From positions 104,346,001 to 104,410,000 of the forward strand of contig JAGIQG010000007.1 in NCBI GenBank assembly GCA_024679065.1: DNA of 64,000 bases, in the 5' to 3' direction. Each line of letters opens with the position of its first letter. Positions within the stretch are counted from its first letter, which is position 1. The notes beneath the pieces are model-generated. The model saw only the letters and a list, made by a program, of their open reading frames with translations, had not been told where the DNA came from and ran no database searches. Shown here one piece after another: positions 26,581-39,030 of the stretch. Source of the stretch: Sphyrna mokarran (taxonomy: Eukaryota). The translations under genes and the position numbers were made by a program.

Positions 26581-27427
26581 GAATTAGTGCTGTTCTGTGT
26601 ATATCCAGCTGTTGAGAAATAAACATTTTATGATGCTTTTAAAAAATGAGAAAACTTGTCTTCTCTTGACAGTCACAGCATTTAAGGAATAAAAAATATC
26701 TTTTAAAGCACAGCTGTATCCAACTAGTCAAGAGGTGGAAAAAGTAGGAAATATCCTATCATTTCTCTTCTGTCTGTAATGATGCATAGTCCTTGTTTTT
26801 TTTGGCTCATTTTGCACAAGCCATATAATCTAATTAAGGTCAGAAATTATCTTGTTTGAATAGTTAAAGCAATTCAGAAGAGAAAGCAGTGCCAGAAAAT
26901 TTATTATTATTTATATTGCAGCTACAAGGGTTTTCTTTAAGAAGCTAGCCACTGCAGAGTTTCAAGGATCTTGTTGTATGAAAACATTACTTAGTTGAGA
27001 AATTAGACTTTGTTCTTTGACATAAAAAATGTGTTCATCTACTGATGGCACAATAACTTTGAAATTACAAATGCAATAGTCTTTAGTGCAGTACTAACGC
27101 AGCCTTGATAGCAACTCCATCAGGTCTTTCACTTCATTATGTCAAATGTTTACAAGTTACAAAACATTGATAGAGAGTTGTTTCTGCAGAACTGTGAATG
27201 CTCAAACTGAATCTGTTTTAGTTACCCACACACTTATGTAAGTGACCTTATATTGATGAAGCAACCCTATCAAAGGGGGACTCAGTAGAAAATCCACCTC
27301 AGACTATCAATTTTACATCGGTCGTTCAGCATAATGTATTTGGAACCTATCAAACTGATGTCAGCTAACATTTGGGCCCAGTGAAATATTGGTTTTAAAA
27401 CACCTAACCGGCAGGTAGTGTGAGCAT

Positions 27428-27752
27428 GGGCAGCACTGTGTCACAGTTGTTAGCAGCGCTGCCTCACAGTGCTGGGGATCCAGGTTCAATTCTGGCCTCG
27501 GGTGATGTTGACGCATGTTTGCATATTCTCCCCATCTATGCGAGGGTTTCCTTTGAGTTTTCTGGTTTCCTCCCACAATCAAAAAATGCGTGGGTTAGAT
27601 TGATTGGTCATGCTAAATTGCCCCCTGGTGTCAAGGTGACTAGCAGGATAAATACATCGGGTTGCAGCTATAGGGCCTGGCTGGGATTGTTGTGGCTGAA
27701 GGTGGGAAGGGCCAAATGGCCTCCTTCTGCACTACAGGGGTTCTGTGATTCA
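27428..27752 (+). mobile_element. HE1-like V-SINE
   Basis: Head, V domain and CR1-type tail (gggccaaatggcctccttctgcact). Confidence 0.8.
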
Positions 27753-28699
27753 AAGTAATCTGATATCATACCATGGACATTCATAAAGTGGAAGAGGAAA
27801 ATGTTTGCCAGTCTACATCGGTGGTATGCATGCAGAAACAACACCCATAATTCAGAAGGTTGAACTTATTTGCGAATAGCCTCAGTATAATTAGATTTGA
27901 TATGTTCCTATAAACTAAAATAGATTAAAATCCTTGACATTAATTGGATCCTTATGATTCTCATAACAGAATTGCTAAATATGTAACTTCTGTTTTAGTG
28001 TTCTGCTTTACTGTATATAAAATCGAGAAAAAGAATTACAACACTCTTCATATCATGGACTGTCTGAGTTTGGCAAGGGTTCCTATTATTATGGAAATAA
28101 AGAGTTGTTTAAAGCAGCATCATTCCTGTTTCCAGCTGCTTTCCTGTTTGACTGGTCTGCACAGAGGGAAAACAAAGTGCGAATGGACCTTATTCAACAG
28201 CACTTCGTGTTACCTTGTGTAAAATATATGTCATTTTTAATTGGGGAAAGAAAGCTTTCCAACACAGATTTGATGGCTTTATTACTTTTGTTTTCAAAGT
28301 AGGATTTTTCTTTGTTTTACAATCTGACTCTAATAAACTGACAGCTTGGGAAGGAGATTTCTTGTGTGTGATAGGTGTAGCAAAATTGTGAACTCATTTA
28401 TAAAGAATAAGCTCAGCATGTCATTGAACTCTTTCCCCTTAGTGATCCATCAGAATCTTGTTCAAGCTCTGTCTTAAATAATTAGTCAATGTCAAAAGAA
28501 GTTGACAGAATGCAGTTGCAAAGTAGTGAACAACAAAATGACTTGTGATGAAAAGCTAGCAGCATCTATTCACGTAATATGAAATCAGAAATACTTTTCA
28601 TTCCAGATAGACCCAATTCATAGCTTATAAGGGCATCTGCCATGATAAATCATTCTTGCTTTGCGTTGTGAGCTTTTTTTAGGCTAACATACAACATTC

Positions 28700-29075
28700 A
28701 TCCATACAACCATGGAATCTCTGCTGTGCAGGAAGAGGCCATTTGGCCCAATGAGTCAGCACCAACTCTCTGAAAGAGCATCTTACCCAGGCCAATGCCT
28801 TCTGGCCCCCACCCTAACCCCATAATTCACACACATACTGTGGCTAATCTACCTAATCTACACATCTTTGGATGCCAAAAGACAATTCTTTTAATATAAA
28901 GGCATTTGTTGGAATCTGAAATGGAAAGAGAAAACGCTGGAAAATCTCAGGAAGTCGAACAGCATCTGTGGAAAAAGAGCAGAGGCAACATTTCAAGTCA
29001 GGATGACCCTTCGTCAGAGCTGACAATGCTTTTTGCATGATTAATCCATCTAACCAGCACATCTTTGGACTGTGT
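28700..29075 (-). mobile_element. HE1-like V-SINE 3' part, interrupted by a Penelope fragment
   Basis: Tail at 28700-28890 resumes at about 29030 (atctaaccagcacatctttggactgtg). Confidence 0.6.
28903..29022 (-). mobile_element. Penelope-like terminal fragment inserted in a V-SINE
   Basis: Same family; hammerhead-like agct-ctgacga-a-gggtc-atcct-gactt-gaaa-tgtt at 29021-28987; host SINE resumes on both sides. Confidence 0.6.
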
Positions 29076-32000
29076 GTTTATATGATGACAGCCTTTTTAT
29101 TTTGTAAATTTGTAATAAAAACTATTAAAAAAGTGACCTGGCAACATGACATGAAGAGTTAGAGACTCTGAAATTAAGATACTTGACCAAGGGTGACTCT
29201 GAAATTTATTTTCTGTTTATATTGATAAAATGTAGGACCATTACTAAATTTATTAATTTACAAGGAGCTAGTTCTGCAACAAGTTTTCAACGGTTCAGGT
29301 ACATTTTTATGGTACATTTATAACAAAAATCATATCCTGCAATACAAAAGAATGACCACAAATGACAAAAATCACAATACATAATGAAAGTATTTGTGAA
29401 ACAATACAAGAAAACATATTCAATGCAAAGAACTTTTCCTTATTTTAATTTAAAATGAACTGCCTCCACTCTAAAAACAAACTTTAATGTTGTGTGCCTG
29501 CTTGTAGTAATGGGGTGGGAACAGCAAGGGTAGTGGAGTTAAAAGGTTAAATTTTACAAGGGGTTTTGGTACCCTCATGTTGGCTTAAACGGTGGATACC
29601 AAGCTCACACTTGTCAGGGTGGGAATAGAGGGACAATTTTGGCCACAGATAGTTTTCCAATTGTCCACCTGTGGGCTAGTCATCAAATAAAGGAAGAGTG
29701 GACGGGTTCCTGATGTTGCTGGCCCAATGTGGTGGCTAGGAGCTCTGAAGCTTCAGCAATGCCATGGAGAAAGATGGCCACTATAGACGAAGGCGGGAGA
29801 ACAGGAAACTCCAAGATGCAAACTAAGAAAAAGAATTCACGGGCCTGAGTACTGGTATAGCCACCCCTTAGGAATGTCGATGGAATCACAGATCCTTTCT
29901 ATTTAGGATCTTTTCTTTAGCCCATGGAGCCTTGTCTGATGGACTATAGCAGGAATGCTACCTCCATTTGGCTGGCAGTCAGCCCCCATGGCAGGAGCGT
30001 TTGCCATGCTATCAGCAAAATGTTAACGGGCAGTATAGAATGACCGCTATTTAGACCTTTAATTGTGAAAATCAGCTGCTACTCTTTGGAGCTGCTACTC
30101 CACACATGATTCTGCCATTAATTGGCATGTCCCTTGCTACCTGCAATTTTACCCATCCTGGCATCTCACACCTCAGTTGTCAGACGCCATAATATCCTGG
30201 CCAAAATGGCGGCCTCTCTGCCCCTTATCCACTCGACTGGGCATTTTCTCCCCAGCCTTGTGTTTGCTCTGGCTGAGTCTGGCTGAAGCCTTATTAATGC
30301 ATGCAAATCAAGATCCTTGGAACATCTGCCTTGGAAATGGAGCTCAGTAAAATTTGACAACACCACCAGCTGAGACAAATAAAATGGTAGGAGTGTAAAT
30401 ATTTTTTTTTGTGTGTGATTAGGAAAAGCAGGGGTTTCCCACCTGTCTCAAATTTTTTGGTCTTGATAACAAAAAAGTAGATTGCAATTTCAATAGTGCC
30501 ATCACATTAAAGGTGAAAAACTCACAGTGTAAGCTTTCCCTTTTCATGGCTATTCATTTTTTTTCAGTTGCTATGACTTTATTTGGCTGAATAAAGTTTC
30601 CTGAATACGTTTGCATTCCTGAATGAAAAATCAATGCAGTCCAATTTTAATTATTTCTTCACTCTGGCTTGTCAAGTGAATATAATGAAACAAATTGAGA
30701 CTGAGAACAGCCTGGCTGGGATTTTCTGCTTCTGTTCTCACTAGCTTGCAATTTTCCATCCAATATCACAGCTGGCGAGCACTGAAGTGAAATATTCCAG
30801 CCACAGTGTTCCATCTAGATAATTTATCAAGCCCGGGAGTTGACATTCTCCAATTTCCTTTTCACTGTGACACTATGGGGTAGATTTTGCGACTTACTGC
30901 TTTCAATATAGAACTACACACAGCGGCGGAATATATCAGAAATTTAGCCATCAATATCAGTGCGGTCCATTTGCTGACCATGAAAATTTCTGTCGGCTAA
31001 TTATTTTAATTGGCAGTGCTTGCACTCTTTATTTTGAATCAGAATGCAGTCACAATGGTTGCAAGGTGTCCATTGTTTCTGGTGTAACAGGAATAATTTG
31101 TGGTGCAAAATTGCATCTATGGTGTACTGGCTTCCTCGCGGTTAGTGCAGGTGCAGGAACTGTGTATTGGAAATAGGTAAATTAGACAGATCATGTCTTA
31201 CGTGCTGACTTGATTCTATTTTGAAACACAACTTTCAAGCTCTACCCTTTCTTAAATTTACTCAGATAATTTTGCCTAATAAGCCACTTCCCACCATTAT
31301 CTCTCAAGGGCAACCAAGGACAGGCAAGGACAGCCAGCGAGGCCCATGTAACACGAATTAATAATAAAAAGGAATGTATCCAAACCCCCACTAATGCTTT
31401 TTTAAAGGGAACTTCGACTATTTTTAAGTTAACTGCTGATTGACTTCTATCTGCCTTTGCTGAGTTTGTAGAAATGATTCATAATTTCTACCGTTAATTA
31501 AATTTGCTGAGCACAGCAGGGATTTGTGCAGCAAACTTCAAGAATTCTGCTCAGATCAAATGCTCTGACATGGGTGCTGTAGTTTCAGCTGGTGGGATGA
31601 CTATTGGAATGAACAAAAAGTACCACTGAGGAAGACAAGTTGCTCGAACAGGAAGGATAAGGAGAGGGCTCCAAAAGGTGGCCATATCTACACAGGCTCT
31701 TCAAAGAGCAATTCTCATTGTATCGACAAAGGCAAGAGGGCAGCAGGGAGGAAGGCTGTGTTAGTGCCTATGAAGGTAACTTTTGTATATCTGGCTGTTT
31801 CCAGATTGGAGCAGGTGCCCTTTGCAAAATCTCTCACTTTGTTACTCACTGTTGCGTAAGGAAGATCATAGAGCTGTTATATGCAAATAGAGCTGAATAC
31901 TTTGTATTATTTTGCCAGCATAGGAAGTGCAGTGAATACATAATTTCACATGGATTGCATCTTCTTCCATTGCATAAGTTGTCATTTACTGTTCATCAAT

Positions 32001-32200
32001 TTGGAGGTGCTGGATGGCCAATTCTGAGATGGAATTCCACTCCCTCAACTTCCATATCACCATACTCAATATGTCCTGTGGGTCAATGTTCAATATCTGA
32101 ATTTGATACACAACAACAAACTTGAGGGTGACTAATGGATGACAAGGATAATGTGTTGATCACATGGCTTATGATTTTAGCACACAAGCCACATAAATGT

Positions 32201-32612
32201 AACCAAAAGAGAAAATGCTAGAAAATCTCAGCAGGTCTGACAGCATCTGTAAGGAGAGAAAAGGGCTGATGTTTTGAATCCAGATGACCCTCTGTCAAAG
32301 CTAAGAGGCATAGAAAGTGGAAGATATTTATACTGGAATGTGAGACAATGAAAGATAAGTCATAGCACAAAAACAAGGGGAAAGGCTAAGAGATGCTAAT
32401 GGTAGTCCGTAGAGAGAAAAGGTGTGAATAGCCTTATTCCTTCACATTTTAGTATAATTAGCTCACACTTTCTAAGCCTTTTAGCTTTGTCAAAAGGTCA
32501 TCTGGACTCGAAACATCAGCTTTTTTCTCTCCTGATAGACACTGCCAGACCTGATGAGATTTTCCAGCATTTTCTCTTTTGGTTTCAGACTCCAGCATCC
32601 ACAGTAATTTGC
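32201..32612. mobile_element. Penelope-like inverted terminal repeat element (second family)
   Basis: Approx. 118-bp inverted arms at 32201-32319 and 32466-32584; decayed hammerhead agct-ttgtcaa-aaggtc-atctg-gactc-gaaac-atc-agct at 32483-32521. Confidence 0.6.
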
Positions 32613-32812
32613 TTTAAACCAGGTAAATATAAGCAGCTCGCAAATATGAGGGCCCATGGTGTCACAGTAGTGGAGGAGCCCAGAAATCACTTCAATCTTA
32701 GGGGCTCTCTCAGACACAAGGATGACTTATTTCAACTCCAGTTCAATGGTTTCTGAGATGGCTGATAAGCTCATTGCACAATCTGCGGACCTACCACGTG
32801 CAGATTGGTTTG

Positions 32813-33048
32813 ACAACACCAAGTTAACATCCAACTAATTTATTTGATAATAATAATTTGATAATTTTGGAAACAGTGTTCCTTTGTCAGGTGTGTGGAA
32901 GATTCGAAACTTCCACACAACTGACACAGGAACACCGTTTCCAAAAGCTTATGAGTTTACTATCAAATAAACTGGTTGGACTTTAACCTGGTGTTGTGAG
33001 ACTTCTTACTGCATTTACCCCAGTCCAATGCCGGCATCTCTACATCAA
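32813..33048 (+). mobile_element. Short Penelope-derived foldback element with target-site duplication
   Basis: Imperfect palindrome 32813-32997; flanked by attggtttg at 32804-32812 and 33049-33057; decayed hammerhead in each arm. Confidence 0.7.
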
Positions 33049-33984
33049 ATTGGTTTGGGCAGTTGAGGTGTTTGAAGATTTGTTTGCTTATCCAGTGACC
33101 CGACTATGTGATATGTGTGTTCCCATTGAAATTTCTTGATGTGTTTGGCGCCATCCCGAATAAACCTTCTCCATTTTGGTCAACGTCAAGCCAGTTTCAA
33201 GGTTGATCTCCCTGTCACTATCGAATAACTTGGAAGTGTGTGGAAGCAATAAGCTGTGCAGCATTATTAAGCATATGAAAATGAGGTGAAGCTATGAATA
33301 TATAGGAGTCTTGTTCAATTGAGATTTTTGGCACCTAGATATTAATCTGCTTATTGACTATAAGAAGGTACAAAGAAGGTAGAAAAAACAGAGATGGAGC
33401 TCCAGTTTACCCCCTATTCATGCCCTTCTCGAAATTCTGTGGCCTGAGTCCAATACCAGCACTCAGTGGGAGCAGGAGAATCCATTGGGATGACTACTTT
33501 GCATCTTTGAAGGTCACAGAATCTTCAACTGCCAGGGGCTGATCCTGTCACATTACACCTCTGGCTGTTGGGTGCCAACAAGTCTGTCTAACATTCTTCC
33601 AACAAAGCAGGTTCATTGGAGGTGTAAACAACGGTTCATTCTGAAACTTTGTGGCCATTGGCACCCAGCCAGGTAGTTCCAGCCTGTCTGGTTTTGACGG
33701 GAAATTGATTATCTGAGGTCTAGAAGCATGAAAGCAATATGTTCCAGCTGTGCACTTTGCAAGTTGCAGAGTCTAGCTAACTTTAAACTTGGCCTCCACA
33801 TTTTGAGTTTTTGTCTGTGATAAAAATAGACATCAAAAATATCAATTTTTCTCTAATAATCCTGGAGGTCATGGATCATCTGGCCATACCAAGCTGGTAT
33901 CTTGTACAATGGGGCTAGGATGATTACACTAAAGAGAAGAGAAGAGTGAGGCTGAACTGCATCCACACTAATCATCAAGGAGTG

Positions 33985-34600
33985 GATAGAGCCTATAGTA
34001 TGTTAGCGTTTATTAACAGGTGTTTGAGTTTAAGAGCCATGGGATTATGCTACAATTGTACAGGAAATTGGTGAGACCACATTCGAAATACTGTGTGCAG
34101 TTCTGGTCACCTCACTAAAAGAAGGATGTGGAAGCTTTGGACAGAGTGCAGAGGAGATTTATCAGGATGCTGCTGGGTTTGGAGGTTAGGTGTTATGAGG
34201 AAAGATTGAGGGACTTAGGACTTTTCTCTTTAGAGTGGAGGAGGATGAGAGGTAACTTAATAGAGGTTTATAAGATGATGAGGGGGATAGATAGAGTGGA
34301 TATTCAGAGACTATTTCCTCAGGTGGATGTAGCTGTTACTAGGGGGCATAACTATAAGGTTCATGGGTGGGAGATGTAGGAGGAATGTCCGAGGTAAGTT
34401 CTTTACTCATCGAGTGGTTGGGATATGGAATGCACTGCCTGTTGTGATAGTGGAGTCGGACATTTTAGGAATTTTCAAGTAGTTATTGGATAGACACATG
34501 GAGCACTCAAGAATGATAGGGAGTGGGGTAACCTGACCTTGGTTTCGGACAAAGCTTGGCGCAACATCGAGGGCTGAAGAGCATGTATTGTGCTCTATGA
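33985..34600 (+). mobile_element. CR1 LINE 3' fragment
   Basis: EALDRVQRRFIRMLLGL..YEERLRDLGLFSLEWRRMRGNLIEVYKMM; CR1 tail. Confidence 0.85.
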
Positions 34601-35515
34601 ATTGAGTCTAGTCTGAGAAAGACAGGACAAGTGCTCCACTAGGCAAACAGAAGTAATGAGATTAAGGACGACATTGGCAACTACAATGCTTGTAATGAAC
34701 AGCAAGCTAAGCAAGCTAAAGAACTGCTTATAACTGATGATATCCCAGACAAACCATAGATGTAGCTTGGTGTAGAGTTCTTAGGGGAATGGATTATCTC
34801 ATCCTAGTCAATTACAATTCAAACTTCTTGTAGTTTGATAATAATGACTTACATTAGTGGCTACTAATGAGATGTTAGAATGGCTGAAATCACTTTTCAG
34901 TTATCATTCCTGCCATTCTGATGAGCTACAATGGTCCTTAATTCATGAGTGAAGAATTCAGATAAATTATGATCTGAAATTTCAACTTCATACATTTTCT
35001 TCACACTAGCCCCGTGACATGGAGGGGCTGAGGGAGGGGCAAAAATTGCCAAAGAGATCTAAAATAAAACAACTAGGTCCACAGGGATATGAGTGAGACA
35101 CAATTAGAATGGAGAAACACACCTACTGAAGGCATGGGAAACAGTCAGGCCGGGTCCTAACGTCACATCATACTCAGACTATTCTTCCAATCATCAAGAA
35201 ACTAACGAAGCCAAAAGTAGAAACCAGAGTGAATTATGAATCACAGAATTATAGAATTTCTAAAATGTAGAAGAAGGTCATTCAGTCAAACACATCCTCA
35301 CCAGCTCTCCAAATGAACAAATGATTAAGCATCATTATCTTGCCTTTTCCCCTTAACGTTGCACATTGTTTTTATTAAGAAGATCAAAGTGAAATGACCA
35401 AAATCCAAATTCCACTTTGGAAAATCTGCCAAATGATTACCAGAGTTGGAGAGTCAATCAGATTGCAAACGTTCAATGCATTCAACAAAAGTTGGTTCAC
35501 TTAGTAACTTGGGTC

Positions 35516-35537
35516 GGCGAAGATCAAGTGTAGTATC
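35516..35537 (+). pseudogene. U2 snRNA fragment (nt 19-40, including the GUAGUA branch-point recognition sequence)
   Basis: ggcgaagatcaagtgtagtatc versus U2 GGCTAAGATCAAGTGTAGTATC, 21/22. Confidence 0.6.
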
Positions 35538-35603
35538 AACATGTTGTGCTTGGTTGAAGTCATCAGGTTACATTTTAGCTTCACCTAAAGTAATTTTTAA
35601 AAG

Positions 35604-35793
35604 CGGCATCTCGGCCTTTTGGCTGAGATGCAAAAGAGGTCAAGTCTTGGAGGAGGAGCTATGCTTGGATCACGTAGATCAAGCCCAAGACAGGAGTTGA
35701 GAGCCCGGTCTTGGATCGAGAATGTCTCAACTTGTTGAGACTCTGAATTGGACTTGATTTAATAGAATTGAAATAAAAACAAAAAAAAAGAAA
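35604..35793 (+). mobile_element. Putative U2 snRNA-headed short retroposon
   Basis: 35609-35629 matches U2 nt 7-27 at 20/21; internal hairpins; 3' stem-loop gtctcaa-cttg-ttgagac; A-rich tail. Confidence 0.5.
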
Positions 35794-36349
35794 GTGAACA
35801 AATTGTTCTATCATCACAGTATTTCCAAATAAACAGACATTAAAAGAAACATTTCAAAGAAGGAATAACATTATGACCTCATAAACATGTTCCATTAACC
35901 TTGGTGCTCAGCCCAGATGTCTGATCATCTGTTTCTGTTGATGCAGTTTGTGGATTATATTATTATGAATGTCACAACATTCTACTCCAATACCTGTGAA
36001 CCATTTTCCAATTGGGTGGGAATGCAGGCATATGATTTCATTTTTATCTATGCAGTTGTAGCTAGAAAATCAAGACAACAAATTTCTCTACCTGCTCTCA
36101 TTCTGTTACCTCTGGTGCCTCTCAAGAATCTAACCTTGGCCCTCTTTCATTTCTCACTTCAAAGCTGACCCTCATCCAAAAACACAGCATGAGTTTTGAT
36201 TTGTAAGCTGTCAACACCTAGCTCTATCGCACCACTGCCTCACTGAAAGACATCTTGCCTTTAACATAATTAACTGCTCCAAAGTCCTTCCCTGTAGCCT
36301 TAAAATGCAAAATTTGATACTGAATCGCAAAAAGCAATATTAAGGACAC

Positions 36350-37830
36350 ATGAACAAGGAACAGGAGGAGGCTGTTTGACCTCTCAAGGCTACTCTACAA
36401 TCTCTCACCCCTTTGTTAAGCAAGAAAATATCGAGCTTAGTCTTAAAATTATTCTCTCAGCTGCCATTGTCTTTTCAGGTAGAAAGTTCCAAATAATCAC
36501 CATCAACCCAGAGACAAAATTTCACCTTTTTGTCATTTTAAATCTGTGACCTGATAATTTTAATCAGTGGCCCCTAATTCTAGGTTCACACACAAGAGGA
36601 CACAACCTCTTTACATTTACCCTTTAAAGACCTTTCGGGGTCTTATATATTTGAATCAAGTCAGCTTTTACTTTTCTAAACTCCAAGGGATGTAAGTCCA
36701 GTTTGTCCAACCTTTTCTCTTAAGACAACATGCCAATTCCAGACATAAGTCTGCTAAACATTTTCTGAACTGCTTCCAATGAATTTACATCCTTCCTTAA
36801 GAAAAGGTGACTAATACAGTACACAGTGCTCCAGATGTGCACTCATTACTGCTCTGTGAGACTGAAGCATAACCTCCCTATTCCTGTAATAAATTCCCTT
36901 CACAATAACTGATAACATTCAAATAGATAATTACTTGCTTTAACTGCATACTAGCCTTTTGTGATTTATGCACGCAGGAAACCAAGTTCCTCTGTATCTC
37001 AGAGCTCTGAAAACTCTTACTATTTAGATAAGATTCTTTTATTCTATCCTTCCTGTCAGAATGGAGAATTTAACATTTGCCCACCTTATACTCCATTTGC
37101 CAAATCTTTGCCCATTCACTTAAGTTACTTACATCTTCTTGTAGCCTCCTTATGTCAAAGAACAAAGAAAATTACAGCTCAGGAACAGCTCTCCAAGTCT
37201 GCATCGACCATGCTGCCGGATTGAAATAAAACCTCCTACCCTTCCGGGGACCATACCCCTTTCTGCCCATCCTATTCACGTATTTGTCCAGATGCCCCTT
37301 AGAAGTCGCTATCGTTTCTGCTTCCACTACCTTCCTCAGCAGCAAGTTCCAGGCACCTAACACCCTCTGTGTAAAAAAATTTGCCTCATACATTTCTTTT
37401 AAATTTTGCCCTCACCCTTTAAACCTATGCCTCTTAGTAATTTCCACCCTGGGAAAAAGCTTCTAACTATCCATACTGTCCATGCCCCTCATAATTGTAG
37501 ACTTCTATCAGATCACCTCCCAAACTCCATTATTCCACTAAGAACAAATCAAGTTTCTCCAATTCTTCTTGTAGCTAATGTTCTCTTCACAATTTACTTT
37601 CCTATCTTATCTTTGTGCCATCAGCAAATTTGGTAACCATCTCATCCAACCCCTTGTCCAAGTTATTTATGTAAATTGTAACAGTTCAGGTCCCAGCACT
37701 GATCCCTGTGGCCTACTACTCATTGCAACTTGCCAATCTGAAAATGATCCACTTATACCTACTTTCTGCTTCCTGTCAGCCAGTCAATCTTCTAATACCT
37801 CCATACCATGAGCTTTTATTTTCTACATAG
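36350..37830 (-). mobile_element. Old CR1 fragment with a younger nested CR1 3' end (about 37158-37576)
   Basis: FFTQRVLGAWNLL ORF in the nested part; older RT remnants on both sides (gtcccagcactgatccctgtgg = PQGSVLGP). Confidence 0.7.
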
Positions 37831-38130
37831 CCATGCTGCCAATTATAAAGGAGGTGGCTAAGATGGCACTGGGGGAGGTTGCAGTGATAGGGAGATGCAA
37901 AGCCATAGAGGGATTTGAAAACAAGGAGAATTTTAAAATTGAGGAGTTGCTTGCCTGGGAGTCAATGGATGTCAGTGAGCACAGGGTCATGGGTAAATGG
38001 CATATGGCCTGAGCAAGGAACCAGGCAATAGATTTTTTGCATGACCTCAAGTTTATTAAGGGTGAAATGGAAGGCTAGCTGGAAGGATGTTTAAGTAGTC
38101 AAGTCTAGGGAAAACAAAGGCATGAATGTG
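37830..38130 (-). mobile_element. L2-clade LINE fragment
   Basis: Frameshifted HITP.L..LHWLP..RI.FKILLLVFK.L.GLAP.YL-like remnant (aattttaaaattctccttgttttcaaatccctctatggc). Confidence 0.6.
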
Positions 38131-38351
38131 CTGTGACATGGATAGATGGATGAAGATGGAGGGTATCCTTTGTCCTGTCCACCTCCAGCACCAAGGCCTA
38201 TAATTCTGCATCTGTGAGCCCTTTGAACATTTTCTGATATAATCTCATAATTTCTGCCCCTGCCACTTGTAGTACCTTCCCAGCTAAAATGTACCCCTCC
38301 TTAAGGCCAGCTTGAGTGGTGCTAGCTTCACACAAACATTGACCCATTGCT

Positions 38352-39030
38352 GATTTTGATTTGATTTATTATTGTCACACGTATTGAGATACAATGAAAA
38401 GTATTGTTTCTTGTGTGTTACACAGACAAAACATACCATTCATAGAGTACACAGGGGAGATGGAAAGGAGAGGATACAGAATATAGCGTTATGGTCATAG
38501 GTGTACAGAAAGATCAGCTCAAAATATGGTTGATCCATTCGAAAGTCTGATAGCAGCAGGAAAGAAGCTGTTCCTGTCTCGGTTGTTATGTGACCCTCAG
38601 ACTTTTGTACCTCTTTCCTAGCAGAAGAAAGTGGAAGAGAGTACATCAGAGACCGTGGGGTTCTTGATTATGCTGGGTGCATTTCTGAAATAGTGGAAAA
38701 TGTAGACGGAGTCAATGGATGAGAAGTTGGTTTGCATGATGGACTGGGCTACATTTACAAACCTTTATAGATTCTTGCAGTCTTCATCAAAGCAGGAGCC
38801 ATACCAAGCAGTGATACATCCAGAAAGGATGCTTTCTATGGTGCATCTGTAAAAGTTGGCAAGAGTTGAAGTAGACATGCTGAATTTCCTTAGTCTCCTG
38901 AGAAAGTAGAGGTGTTAGTGGGATTTCTTAACTGTAGTGCTGATTAGGATAGGTTATTGGTGATCTTGACACCTAGAAACTTGAAGCTCTTGACCACTTC
39001 CACTTTATCCCCGTTGAGCAAGGCATGTTC
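38352..39030 (-). mobile_element. Rex1/Babar-like LINE 3' fragment
   Basis: gatttgatttattattgtcac tail; minus-strand remnant FYRCTIESIL.GCITAWYG and NSFFPAAIRL. Shorter copies at about 41105-41240 and 45632-45990. Confidence 0.6.
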
